This document shows, piece by piece, positions 36,848 through 49,400 of a DNA stretch of 52,263 nt (positions are counted from its first letter, which is position 1; each line of letters begins with the position of its first letter). A program made the position numbers and the translations under genes. This stretch comes from a virus (lineage: Duplodnaviria; Caudoviricetes), in the IMG/VR virus record IMGVR_UViG_3300028025_001613, positions 1 to 52,263 of that record. One strand, given 5' to 3'. The notes beneath the pieces were generated by a model. It did not search any database. It was not told the origin of the DNA and was given only the letters and a program-made list of their open reading frames with translations.

Positions 36848-37498
36848 ATGCCTTATAAACCTATTTGTGGTGTATATAAAATTACTAATCTAATAAATAA
36901 TAAGTACTATATTGGTAGTGCTATAAGTATTAAATATAGATTAAATACTCACAAAAGACTTCTTAGAGATAATAAACATTTTAATGCTCATTTACAATCA
37001 TCATATAATAAGTATGGTCTATCTAATTTTATATTTGAACAATTAGAAGTTACTACAAAAGAAACTATGATTGAAAAAGAACAATATTGGATAGACCATC
37101 TTAATGCTACAAATCATAAAAAAGGCTATAATAAAAGAAGTATTGCTTCAAGTAATCTTGGTGTAAAAGCTTCTGAAGAAACTAAAAGAAAATTAAGTTT
37201 AGCTCATATTGGTCATAAGAGATCAATAGAAGCTCAAAATAAAATATCAGATTCTCAATATAAAGCTGTTGTTCAAATGGACTTAAGTGGAAATATACTT
37301 AACGAATTTAGATCTATTAAAGAAGCAGCTTTATTAGTTAACTGTCAAAGGAGTGGTATATCAATGTGTTGTAAAGGTATTATTAAATCTCATAATGGAT
37401 ATTTATGGTGTAAAAAAGAAAATATAACAAACTTTAAAATACCTATTTTAAATCATAAATTCATATCTACTAAAGTAAAACAAAAATGGAAAAGTTAA
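36848..37498 (+). mobile_element. Free-standing GIY-YIG homing endonuclease with NUMOD3 and NUMOD1-like domains
   Basis: GVYKITN...YIGSA, GYN, SEETKRKLS, EFRSIKEAA. Confidence 0.9.
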
Positions 37499-37929
37499 AA
37501 ACTTGCCTCTATATAGATGACCAGCGTACACCAACTGAAACTCTTCCTAACTATGACCCTTGGCATGTAGTTAGAAACTATGATGAGTTTGTAGAATGGA
37601 TAACTAAGAATGGAATACCAGACTTTATAAGCTTTGACCATGACTTAGCTGATGAGCATACTAATGATTATTTTAGTCAGCTAGCTCAGCATGGATATCA
37701 ACATCCTAAGTATACAGAGTATAAAGAGAAAACAGGTATAGACTGTGCCAATTGGTTAGTAGAATACTGTCAAAAGAATAACGTTAAGTTAGGACGCTGT
37801 GCAGTACATTCTCATAATCCAGTGGGAGCAGCAAATTTACATAGCCTATTAAATGGTTTTAAACGCCATATGGGCTGGGATGAGGATTGTTATATAGGCA
37901 GAGTGCCATTCACTACAGAAAATAAATAA
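37486..37929 (+). CDS. Cyclic-phosphate-processing receiver-domain protein
   Basis: LYIDDQRTP, ISFDHDL, TGIDCANWL, VHSHNPVG. Confidence 0.8.
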   Translation: MEKLKTCLYIDDQRTPTETLPNYDPWHVVRNYDEFVEWITKNGIPDFISFDHDLADEHTNDYFSQLAQHGYQHPKYTEYKEKTGIDCANWLVEYCQKNNVKLGRCAVHSHNPVGAANLHSLLNGFKRHMGWDEDCYIGRVPFTTENK

Positions 37930-37931
37930 AC

Positions 37932-38102
37932 ATGCAAATAAGCTTAGCATTATTAAGTAAGAATGAAACACTGTTTGGTCTAATGGTAGACCAAGGTGAG
38001 TATGAAAGAACAAAAGAGGTATGGGTACCATTTAGCCGTCTAAGAGTAGGATTTATATTCCTAACCTTAGACGTCATGTGGTATCATAATATCAAAAAGT
38101 AA
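37932..38102 (+). CDS. Small hypothetical protein (56 aa, not in ORF track)
   Basis: MQISLALLSK...YHNIKK* fills the gap up to the convergent gene. Confidence 0.6.
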   Translation: MQISLALLSKNETLFGLMVDQGEYERTKEVWVPFSRLRVGFIFLTLDVMWYHNIKK

Positions 38103-38105
38103 TTG

Positions 38106-41100
38106 TTACTTTCTTCTTTGGAACTCTTGACCTTTAAGAGCTTTTACCGGGTCTATTTGAGATCCGGTAATACCAAAGATCTTAGCTGCATCATTAATAA
38201 ATTTAGGACTATCTTGTTTTTGGAAGCTATAAGGACCTGCATCTTTTTTATAGAATGCTCCTTTATCATCAGTCATATATCCTACAAGATGGTCTAAGAA
38301 ATCCATAGGTTGTTTTAATGTAACACCGTATATAGCATCAGGCATAATAATATTTCTACCTGTAGCTTTTACTTGAGACCATGAAGAAAACTGTTGAGTC
38401 TCGTTAAGTGTACCTAACATAACCACAATACCGTGGTTAAATAACCAACCGCTCAAGTTAAAGTCTTTTTCATTAAGAGCTCCACTACGCTTTCTCATCT
38501 TTTCAAAACGGTCTTCATCATCACCATCATATCCAAATACTAAACCTAGCATTGAGAATAATACTACTTGATGGGCAATGTCTGCAACAAACTTAAGGAA
38601 GTTTTTCTTCTCTTCTAGACTCATCATGTTATAGTTACCTACACCATATTTAAAGAAGTCTCTAGCAGTTTGTAATACAGAAGTATAATATCCTGTAGTA
38701 ACTGTTCCTAAAGCTGCACTAGGTCTTGTAGCACCCACTCTATTCATAAGCATAGAGGTAAAGAATTTCTTTAAGAATGCTACTAGTCTAAAGGCAGCAT
38801 AACGCTGAGCTTCAGGCTGATCCATTCTAGAATAAGTACCTTGCAATCTGTTAGATACTTCATGCATAGTGTTCTTAATTCTATTAAACTCTTCTCCTCC
38901 AAGATCGTATTTCTTATCTATACCTTCTTTTAACGTGATCTGACCATTAACTACTTCCCAAGCATCAATGTATCTAATATTCTTAGTTTGACCATTTAAA
39001 GTTTGTTCTACCTTAATATGATGCATCATTCCAGAAAACATTTCCATAGTAGCTTCTACCTCTAAGAACTTACGTGGAGACATGAAAAAGCTTAAGCTAG
39101 CAGTATCAGATGCAAAAGATCTACCAAACTGCTCACCTAAAGTTTTATCAAACATACCCTGTCCTGGATCAAATACTTGTATAAGCTGAGCATCTAATGA
39201 TCTATTACCAGTCTTGTATAATTGAGCACTATGTGCTAATATCATCTTAACAGCTCTAGGTTTTCCTAGTAAGTAACTTTGATAGTTTATATACTTAGAT
39301 CCGGCTGCTTCAATACTTAATTGAACAACTGCTCCCATTCTGTTTTTTAATGCAGATGGTAATACATTAAATGAGAAGAAACCAAAGCTAGCTAAACTCA
39401 TCACTTGACTTTGGAACTTAAGTAGTGCAGGACTGTTAGCAAACCAACCGGCTTGGTTAACACCTTCAAACTCACGCTCATATAATCTCTGTATAGCACT
39501 TGCTCTTACAGACTCACCTTTCTTAGTTAAATAAGATACACGTCCAGTCTTCTGGAACATCCACTTATTAATCTTACTCATGTCTTTTACAGCATTGTCA
39601 GGATCAGCTATAGAAGTTTTAAGTGCTTGAGCAAATGGATTAAGCTCAACCAGCTTCTTCTGTCTTAAACCTGAGTGCATATACTTAAGCATAGAGTCAC
39701 CAATATTCATACTAACTTGATCCAACTCTAGATTGTAAAGACCTGTAATAGGTACTTTCTTAATCTCTTCATCAAACATATTAGTATAAACCAACTGCTC
39801 AGGATTAAAGTTTAAACCATCTTCATAGTCATCATTAGCTTTAAAGAACATTTGTTTAACACCTCTCATCCACTCTTTAGCTTTACTAGCTTCTTTATCT
39901 GTACTAGTTCCTTGCAAGTATTCTAGTCTAGGTTTACGGTATCTAGGAATCTGTAGATATAATCTACTCTCTCTAGGTAAACCTTCTTGGAACTTAAGAT
40001 GGAACTGTTTCATTTTTTCTAGTACAGCAAAAGCAGCAGGTCTTTCCCTTCTTAATTTCTCATAAGCAGGATTGATATATTTATCATCAACCGCTCCTTC
40101 TGCTACAGTTTTAGGTAACCAGTTACCTTTATTGTCTACAGTTACACCCACTTCTTTTTGAGTTCTATAATCTTTCTTAACTGATCTATAGAAGTAAGAT
40201 AGGTTAGGCTTACCTAATATCTTTTCTCCATCAGCTAATGTAATAGTCTCAAATGAATCAGGGTCATTAGGACGAGTTCTATTCCATATAAATATACGCT
40301 CATATACTGTCTTAGTAGTTCCTAACTCAGCATCAAATACTTCCTTAGATACGTGGTTAGCTTTAAACCAAGCTTCATATTCAGCACTCTCATTAAATAA
40401 TGTAACATAAGAGTTAGGTTGTAAAAGACCTTGAACAGTTTCATTATCTAGCAAAGGAAGATCTAACTTTTCCATCCAGTTATTAGCTATATCTACATAA
40501 TAATCAGTAGCTTCTTTAGATTGTAGTTCACCAAGCTTTTGGTAAATACGGTTTAACTCAGCTTTCTGCATTAAGTTTAACTTAATCGTAATACCTTTAT
40601 TTACTAGCTCGTTCATCCTAGCAGAATCCTCAGGAGATAATCTAGTGTTTATACTTTGATCTTTTTTGTTAAACAAATCTGATAACTCTTCAGTTTCAGC
40701 TTTACTTAAACCACTATATAACGATTTCTTTTTCTCATTAATCTTTTCCTGTAAAGTCTTAGCTTTATCTTTACTCTTCTGAGTAATATCTGTTCCAATG
40801 ATCTGACCATCTTGATCTCTGAATCCAGTAGCCATATCTAGCATCTCCTCCATTTCTGTAGAAGAGTCAATCATGTCTCTAGTCTGTTGAGGAAGAGATT
40901 CCATAAATGCTCTAAGTTGATTTAACACTTTGTTTCTCTCATCAAAGAACTGTTGAGTGTAAGCTACAACTGTATTATTCTTAATCCATTTATCACGTGC
41001 CTCTATAAATTCAGGAGATCCTGCAGCAATACCATCATCTACAAGAGTTTGTTCCATTCTTCTTAAGCTAGACTCAAACAATCCTGGAGTAGGAACCCAT

Positions 41101-43454
41101 TCAAAAAACTCTCTAGACTCTTTTCTATACTGACGTTCTATTTTAGCAATTTCTAACTCCTCTCCTGTTTTAGGATTACCTTCAGCATCTGTTAAAGAAG
41201 CTAATTGAGAGTATTGTCTCCATAAAAGTTTCTTCTGTTCAGAGACTTCATCATAGAAGTTCTCATCATAGTTTTGACCATCTAGTTCCTTAACTGTATT
41301 TATGATAATCTGCTTTCTTCTATAAGCTTCCTTTCCTAATTCTGACTCATAGATCTTTTCCCTTTCATAATATTCATTAACATACTCTTGATGAAAGTAA
41401 TCTCTTCTATGCTTTCTCAAATCTTTAAGGATCTGATCAGCTAAAACCTCATCACCTTTCTGTAAAGCAGCATCATACTCATACTTTAAACGAGATGTTT
41501 CTAATGAAGCGTCTTTAAATCTATCTGTAAATGACCAAACATCTTTAGTCTCAAACTCTCCTTTTTCATTCAAGAATGGAACCTTTTCTACAGTGACTAA
41601 TGTTTTCATTAGTTCTGTATAGTTACTACGATTATATCCAGCAGCTTTTAATAATGGCTCCATTTCACGAAGGAAGTCATTCATATTAATCTGAGTCTGA
41701 GAATCAACATCATTGTAAGCGTTCTTTAAGAACATTGCAAATCCACCAATAACAGGATCAGGAGAATTAGTATAAGCTTCTAAGAAAGCTGAATAAGCAT
41801 TAGTATCTCCGGCTCTACCAGTAATAAGATCATTGATCTTTTTCTTAGTAAGTCTCATAGAGTCCCACTTCTGCTGCATATCTTTAACCTTTTGATCAGA
41901 TCCAGATATAGCTTTTAATCTTTCAATCTCATCAGAGAAGTGTTTGTCAATACCTTCAGCTAAAGGGGTTAAGCTTTCAAATAATACACTATCTACATTA
42001 TTTGCATATATCTTATGCACCTTCTTTGTAGTAGTATCTATAGTATATTTCAAGCCGGCAACAATTCTTCCAAACTCAGAATTTGTAGGTAAACCATTGG
42101 CAGCCAATCTATTATTAGTCTCATCTATAAAATTACTCCAGTTACGTAATAGCAAATCATAATAAAATAAATTACTAATCACTTCTTTACTTTCACCTTG
42201 AGTAGCTAACTGATCAATATGATTACTTATACTAACAGTTAATTTATCTAAACGAAGTATAGAGTGTACAAAGTTTTGGGTAGTCTTTTGTCTTATTGTA
42301 AACTGATCAAATATCTTCTGAAGCTCTTCATTAATTTCTGTATTATCTAATGTAGACTTTAACTCTTGTAACTGACCTCTTCCTGTTTCATCAACTAAGA
42401 ACTTTCTAGCTTCAGAGTAGTTCTTATTTTCTTTAATACGTCTTATATGGTTAGTAACTACATCATAGAAACGTTGTACAGTTTCAGATATAGCTAAGTA
42501 TTCTACGTTCTCTAGCTCATTAGTAAAATTAGTAATATCACGCACATAGTCTACATAGTCTTGCTGACTAATCACCTCGGTATTTATATCAAACTTATCT
42601 GATCTAAGCATATCTGCTAACTGAGATAGACTAGTATTAGCTGATAACTTTTCTACTTTAACTGCTGTACCAAAAGCTTTACGTAACATTTGCTTAAAAG
42701 CAAATAATAACTTATTAATAAAGTCTTTAAAACCTTTACTTGTTTGTTCAGCAGCATTATTAGTAGCTAAGGCCCTTACTAACACCTCTTGTCTAAATTG
42801 AGCAGATGTATCTTCTAAATCAGGATAGAGATTTCTTACATCAGATATAATGCTTTCTCCCTCAACTGTAGCAGATAAGTCACTATATATCTTATTAAAC
42901 AATGTAGGGTTTTCTATAAAGATAGATGCAGCTAAAGGGTGAGCATACTCATGCAAAACATTATCTGCAGTAAATCTTCCATCTAATAAATACACCTTAC
43001 CGTTAAAAAAGAAAGCAGCCTCTCCAGTCCAAGGATTAGTTGTATCTCTTGTTAACTTTCTAGCATCCTGAGCATTGATGACACTATAAGGTATACCAAA
43101 GGTAGTAGCTAATTGGTTAGCTAATGCAACTGCTGCAGTGTTACCAATGTCTATCTTTTGATCAGCTTCTGAAAATATAGGATTAGTCTCATCTACCTTA
43201 GTATCTAGACCTACAATATATTTAATAGATGGTTCTCCATTGGAGTCCTTTTCTAAATCAGAATCCATTACTTCCCAATAACCATACTTATCTTTAAAAG
43301 TTTGAGTATATGGCTGAGCCCAATATCTTAAAGCCTTTTCAGTATTAGGCTGAATAGCTAAAATATCTTTATAGAGGATTGACTCCTTACCATTAGGAGC
43401 CAACACCTTTTCAATGTCATTAGTTTCTTTATTACGAATTATGCTACAAGCCAT
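38106..43454 (-). CDS. Giant virion ejection-type protein with zincin metallopeptidase motif
   Basis: 1782 aa, HEYAH at 42939-42953, helical body, C-terminal hydrophobic helices; follows the RNAP gene. Confidence 0.75.
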   Translation of the reverse strand: MACSIIRNKETNDIEKVLAPNGKESILYKDILAIQPNTEKALRYWAQPYTQTFKDKYGYWEVMDSDLEKDSNGEPSIKYIVGLDTKVDETNPIFSEADQKIDIGNTAAVALANQLATTFGIPYSVINAQDARKLTRDTTNPWTGEAAFFFNGKVYLLDGRFTADNVLHEYAHPLAASIFIENPTLFNKIYSDLSATVEGESIISDVRNLYPDLEDTSAQFRQEVLVRALATNNAAEQTSKGFKDFINKLLFAFKQMLRKAFGTAVKVEKLSANTSLSQLADMLRSDKFDINTEVISQQDYVDYVRDITNFTNELENVEYLAISETVQRFYDVVTNHIRRIKENKNYSEARKFLVDETGRGQLQELKSTLDNTEINEELQKIFDQFTIRQKTTQNFVHSILRLDKLTVSISNHIDQLATQGESKEVISNLFYYDLLLRNWSNFIDETNNRLAANGLPTNSEFGRIVAGLKYTIDTTTKKVHKIYANNVDSVLFESLTPLAEGIDKHFSDEIERLKAISGSDQKVKDMQQKWDSMRLTKKKINDLITGRAGDTNAYSAFLEAYTNSPDPVIGGFAMFLKNAYNDVDSQTQINMNDFLREMEPLLKAAGYNRSNYTELMKTLVTVEKVPFLNEKGEFETKDVWSFTDRFKDASLETSRLKYEYDAALQKGDEVLADQILKDLRKHRRDYFHQEYVNEYYEREKIYESELGKEAYRRKQIIINTVKELDGQNYDENFYDEVSEQKKLLWRQYSQLASLTDAEGNPKTGEELEIAKIERQYRKESREFFEWVPTPGLFESSLRRMEQTLVDDGIAAGSPEFIEARDKWIKNNTVVAYTQQFFDERNKVLNQLRAFMESLPQQTRDMIDSSTEMEEMLDMATGFRDQDGQIIGTDITQKSKDKAKTLQEKINEKKKSLYSGLSKAETEELSDLFNKKDQSINTRLSPEDSARMNELVNKGITIKLNLMQKAELNRIYQKLGELQSKEATDYYVDIANNWMEKLDLPLLDNETVQGLLQPNSYVTLFNESAEYEAWFKANHVSKEVFDAELGTTKTVYERIFIWNRTRPNDPDSFETITLADGEKILGKPNLSYFYRSVKKDYRTQKEVGVTVDNKGNWLPKTVAEGAVDDKYINPAYEKLRRERPAAFAVLEKMKQFHLKFQEGLPRESRLYLQIPRYRKPRLEYLQGTSTDKEASKAKEWMRGVKQMFFKANDDYEDGLNFNPEQLVYTNMFDEEIKKVPITGLYNLELDQVSMNIGDSMLKYMHSGLRQKKLVELNPFAQALKTSIADPDNAVKDMSKINKWMFQKTGRVSYLTKKGESVRASAIQRLYEREFEGVNQAGWFANSPALLKFQSQVMSLASFGFFSFNVLPSALKNRMGAVVQLSIEAAGSKYINYQSYLLGKPRAVKMILAHSAQLYKTGNRSLDAQLIQVFDPGQGMFDKTLGEQFGRSFASDTASLSFFMSPRKFLEVEATMEMFSGMMHHIKVEQTLNGQTKNIRYIDAWEVVNGQITLKEGIDKKYDLGGEEFNRIKNTMHEVSNRLQGTYSRMDQPEAQRYAAFRLVAFLKKFFTSMLMNRVGATRPSAALGTVTTGYYTSVLQTARDFFKYGVGNYNMMSLEEKKNFLKFVADIAHQVVLFSMLGLVFGYDGDDEDRFEKMRKRSGALNEKDFNLSGWLFNHGIVVMLGTLNETQQFSSWSQVKATGRNIIMPDAIYGVTLKQPMDFLDHLVGYMTDDKGAFYKKDAGPYSFQKQDSPKFINDAAKIFGITGSQIDPVKALKGQEFQRRK

Positions 43455-43457
43455 ATG

Positions 43458-46400
43458 TTATGAATTACAGTTTTTAGATTCTTCTACTTTTTGTTCTATG
43501 ATACTTTCTATCTCTTCATCAGTTATAGGCTGACTAGATTGGAACTCTTTTCTAAAGCCTAAATTTGACTCTGCTCCTGGGTTTACATATCCATACTTTT
43601 TATAAAGCTCAGATACTAAATATGTATAAGTTCTAGGAGCCTTATCTTTTAATACATCAATTTGAGCATCATCTTTACCCAGTATTGTAGTCAATCCTGA
43701 AGAAGGAAATACAACTTTTGCACCATTACCTAAATGATTATCAATAACTTCTAAAGCTTGATTTATAAGAGCTATATTATTATCATAAGTCTCATCTGAC
43801 CAAGATTGTGAACCACCTTTCTGTTTGATAGGTATACCAACGCTATTTCCAGCAGTCTTATAAGGAGCAGTTAACACCTCAGCAATACCATCTTGGTTAG
43901 TAGGATATACAAATATACTTTCTTTATTACTATTAATAACAGTTTCAAAAGCTTTTATCTCAGAATTAGTTCTTGGGTTATCATACACAGTAGCTTTACC
44001 AGCTTCTCTAAAATCAGATTGACCCTCTTCCATATTTCTAACAACTGTTTCTTCTGTAGTCTCTGTATACTGAATATAGTTCCTATATCTTAAACGACTG
44101 CTACTAGAATTAGAACTCCAGTTAGAATCAAACATATCAGAATACTTATCTAAAAACTCTTGAGAGATACCTTTTTCTGATACATTCTTCATTGGCTCCT
44201 CTAGTAATTTCATTAGAGTTTCTGTAGGTAGTATAGAAGATAGTGTACTTCCTGACTTATTTATACCAGCTCTTAAGTACTCAGCTATTATTAATCTACT
44301 AAAAAATTTAGATATCTCTAGATTCCTGGTCTTGTCTGCAACTTTCAATGTTCCAACATCAGATAATCTTACTAGGTTTTCGTGCAAGACATTAATAATT
44401 TCTGAATCAAGTCTATCAGACTTTAACTTTAATGTTCTAAGTTTTCTACCCTTATTCTTACCTCCCTCACCAATAAAACTAATTTGATCCATAAGCATGT
44501 ATTCCTCTTCTAACTCAGAATAAACTCTTTTTATATTCAAGAAATCATCAGCAATACTGTTCTTAGACTTAAGAATAGTATAGAAGTTAAAAGTTCTTTC
44601 TAAAGCACGGTCAGCTAGTATTTGTTCATACTCCTCTCTACTTTGCTTTTCTTTCATTGGAATTACAGATCTTAAGTATTCTCTCTCTAATACAAAGTGA
44701 GTATACTCTTGTAAGTTCTGACTTCTCTTAGGTCCCATTTGAAAGGCTCCTATATCAGTTTTAGCTAATTGTAAAGACTCATACCCTTTTCCTGCATACT
44801 CTTTTTGATCAAAGTCTAATGCAATCTGTTGAGGATCAACATACATTACACCATCTTTTACAAACGCTCCATATTTAATTTGAACCTTTTCAATAGGAAT
44901 ACTCTTATTTATAAGTAATCCTTTATACTCTTTTATGTTCTTTAGATCTATACCTTTAATATAATTCTGCATTAAATACATAGGTATATCATTTTTAAAT
45001 GCTGCTACATATTTCTCAGCATCCTCAAATGTCTTCTTATACTTATTTGTATTAATCTTATTAATTAAATAATTGTTTACAGTTTCATCTCCTCTAAGTT
45101 TCATTAATGGCTTCCATAATTTTAACTGAAAGGCTTGTACAAGGAACGACTTGATAGGAGAATCATATAATATGTTTGTAACTAAGTCAGAAGGCACTGC
45201 ATCTACAATATTTAACTTAGATATTTTACTAAGTCTTTCTTGAGCAGAAAACAATGATTTAGAAGGAGCTGTGTCTAAGTTAACTGTTAATTTAATATTA
45301 GTTAGTTTAGCCATTAAATCTTCTAATTCAATAAAGTGTAACAAAGTAGCCTTAGATATATCAGATTCTGTATTCTTGTCTTTAATGTTATTTAGTAATT
45401 CTTCAGTAGTATATTCTTTTTTATCGTTATACTTATTAATAATTCTGTAAATATCAACATTACTTACAATAATCTCTCCAGTTTCAGTTTCTCTTGCACG
45501 ACCTGTCTTTTTATCTATAGTTAAGTCATCATAGAAATTACGAATAATAAATTCTTTTCTTACATTAAATTTATCATACCCCTTTCCTTTACTGGCTTCA
45601 TTACCAGCAGCTTCATAGAAAGGACTATTACGTTTGGCTCTATCTTTAATATATTTAATAACTAAAGGTTGTGATACAAAGTAAGCAGCTGTTTTAAAGT
45701 CTACACCAGTTTCTAGTAAAAATAGCAAAACTGGTCCGGCAACATTGTTACCATTAATGTTAAAGATCCAAGCATCTTTTTCAATGTCTACCCATCCGTT
45801 CATCAATTGAGAAATTAAGTCAGAGATCTTATCTCCTGTTACAGTTTCAACATCTGATAAAGATATGTAGCTCTTACCATCCTTAGTAACAGTGTTATGT
45901 TTCATACGGATATTAATAGGACGCATTTCAGTAACAACCTTTCCGTTCTTTACTTTATATTCTTTAGTAATAGGATCTATAGGATAGTGGGTATACTGCT
46001 TTTCAAGTCTAGCTCCTACTCTTTTAAAAATAGAAGAGTATTTATTATCTACAGCACCAATACCTAACGTTCTCTTACCGATGTTATTAGACTCATGTTT
46101 ATATAAGTTGTATCTAGGTTCTAAAGTACGAGTAGGACTAATCTTAGAACCTTGTTCTTTAGTCTTATTAGCTAAAGGATTATACCCTTGAATGTTTTCA
46201 ATAGATAACTCATCAGCTACACCTTTAACAATATCTGTATCGTTAGGACGGATAAGAGCATCAAAGTTATCAGGGTGTTCTAAGATCTGACGAATAGTTT
46301 CAATTATTTGATTTTCAACAGCTTTAACACCCTTACCAGTTGCATAAGTAGCTTCTTCATTATCATATTTATAATTAGGTTGGAAAATAGTTAACTTATC

Positions 46401-49400
46401 AATATCAAAGTCAGATCCTGACTTAGCTACAATTTCAGTTGGAGGTACAATAATAGACCCTGCTTCTTCAGGAAGAAACTCATAGACTTCCATGAACTCC
46501 ATAGAGTTAAATCCTTGCACAGGAATACGTACACCTACCATAGTAATAAGCTTACGGTTATCATTTTTATCTAACCACTCATCTTTCTTAAGCACTTCAT
46601 TCAAACGCTCTATTGTACCAATCTTTTTGCCATCAGTATGCTTAAGTTCAAGAAGTTTGTAGTAATCACCCTTCATTGCTATTTTTACTTTCATAGCAGA
46701 GGTAGATCCATTTTTACCTTTACCTGGACGGTAAGTAGGTAAGTCATTAGTACCATATCTAGCTAATTGATCTTCTGTAGGATTTTTAAATCCTGATTCA
46801 AAACCAGCACCTGATACTTGAACCAATTGCTCACCGTTCATCTTCTGACGAACCAATCGTTTTACTACAATAGAGTTTAATAACTTTTCTATCTTCTCAG
46901 CATTAAGACTGAAGCTTAAGTCACTTTGTAAACCAAAGTTTTTAATAAAGTCTATATCATGTTCAGGTAAACCTTGACGATCTAACTCTTTCTGTACAAA
47001 GTTCATAAGACTCTCTGTACTTCCAGATAGGTTTCCTTTAGCATCCTCTTTCCAACCTGCCTGTTCTAATAATTCTTTTTTCTTGCCTTCTTGTAAAGTA
47101 TCAAGTAATTTTTCAAATCTAGATACAAGCAATTCAAAGTCTTTAGATATAGGTATCCCTTGCTTAAATAAGTCATTGATAATCAACGTTCTAAGCTGGG
47201 TAGAGAATATAGTTTTATTCTTCCAAGTAGATTGGATATCAACTTGATCTTTTAAATATTGTATAAATACTCCGTTCTTAGTGTACTCAGCCTCTCCTTC
47301 ATTCCAAGACTTAACAGATCTAGTAGCATAGTCATCATTCTCATATAAAGAATCAGGCTTTCCGTTAGATGTAATAGTAGCCATCTTACTTCCAGACTCA
47401 AACAATGCGTAGTCTACACCTTGTTTAACTAGATTATCATGAAGAGTTTCCATGTTAGTTCCTTTAACCATAGATGGAATAAGAGGTACTAATGAAAACT
47501 TATGAAACGCCTGCATATGTAACTTCTCAGTTTTTAGAGGACCAGCATATTGAAACTTCTTTGTAGGAAAGAATTCAGTAATCTCAGCAGGATCTACAAC
47601 TTCATCATTAACAATCTTATTATATAGCTCGTTCTGCTTATCAGACCAAGCTCCCTCTAAAAGAGATAATATTCTATATGAGTCAAATGTAATCCATCCT
47701 TGAGCATCTCCTTCTGTCATTTCTTTATAAGGAGATAAAATCTTTTCAGCCTGCTCTTTTGTATATTTACCAGAACTTACTAAAGCATTTACATACTCTT
47801 CAAAGTAAGCTGACTCTACTTTGTTATCTTTAAATACTACAGAATTTAATATACCATCAAATGATCGTTTAGCTGCTCCAATCTTATTAGCGTATGCTCT
47901 ACCTATATTATTAATAAACATAGATGTAGATTCACTAGAAGAGAAAGATCTACCTGTAGATCCAATAGCAGCATTACGTTTATGAAATTCTTCTTTAACA
48001 TGATTGTACATAGCTAAGTCTCCATATAGTACAGAGACAGCTTCCATATTATGGATTAAAGCATTTACTGTAAATGATCTTAAAGCAATCATAGTAAGCT
48101 CTTGTTCCTTACCTTTACCTATATTTAAACCTGTATCTTTTCTAACTAAGTTGCTCAATGATGGTATACCCTTACCTCCAAATAATATCTCTTCAGACAT
48201 ATAAGGAAGAGTAACAAAACTTTCAAAGTTCTCGTCTACTAAATTATTAATATAGTTATTAATATCATTAGAAATTCTTTCAGCAAACTTAGGATCATCC
48301 AAAATACTTAAAGAATCTTCTTCATTAGCTACAGCTATTAAATCATTCTTAAGACTATCTGATAGTATATCATCAAACATTGTAAACGTCAAACCTCTCT
48401 CATTGAATCCTGGAACATTAGCCGCTTTACCTGACTTTACTATAGCAATACGTTCCATCTCAGCAGCAATCTTTGGCTTAAGAAGAGATACTGTAGCATT
48501 ATGACTTTTAACTTTATCTGCAAAGTAACCACTACTAATATATAAATGATTAGCATTCTGATTAAACTCGGTATCTACTTTAGATACACTAATACCATAA
48601 GCAGTAGATTTAGACGCATGTCTTGGAAGCTCCATAACACCACGAATTAGCATGGTATGAATATCCATTAAAAACTTACTAATAGGATCTAGCTGAGAAG
48701 TCTTAATACCTGTTGAGGCACTTTGAGCACCAACTATATTCTCTACTACATTCTTAATACCGTTTAAGTTATCAATGTTTATAGTAACATTAGTAGCTCC
48801 ATAAGAAGCTTTACTAGTCTTTCTTTTATTCTTATTACTTAAGTCAAATACTTTACCTACAGGAATATGAAACAAACTATTTAACCAGATAGAATACTTA
48901 GCAAAAGGATTCTTTCTATAGTCTAAATGAGACATATGAGGTTGACTAACCATTTCATTATAGTCCTTGTCTTTATCATTAAGTTCTGATAGCACCTTTG
49001 TACTAGTATTGTTTAATGATAGGTCATACTCTCTATCTCCTGCAACATTCTGCACAGAGTTATTACTATACTTGCCAGAGTCAGTAGCTTCTATTTCTAA
49101 AATCTTAGAAACACTACTAGACTCTCCTTTGTATACAGACTCTCCATCCATCTTTACTTCACTACGTAAAGCTGAAATAGGATTAGTAGTCTTTATATTA
49201 TACTTTTTAAGATCTTGAATTCCTTTATATAGATAATATACAGCAGTATAGTTATCGTACACTTTCTGTTTAACAGCTCTATTATCTGTTAAATAAAATC
49301 CTATTGCTCTTAAGAATTGGAATGCCTTATCTTCATCAATAATATTCTTAGTACCTCTTCCAAAAAGATCATTGTAAGGAAAAGCTTTAAGAATTGCATC

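Noticed and set aside
36790-37520. Group I intron around the GIY-YIG gene
   Set aside because: Only about 55 nt of AT-rich sequence precede the ORF and its end overlaps the next gene, leaving no ribozyme core
37930-38105. Structured ncRNA in the apparent gap
   Set aside because: Explained by a 56-codon ORF; only short hairpins are present
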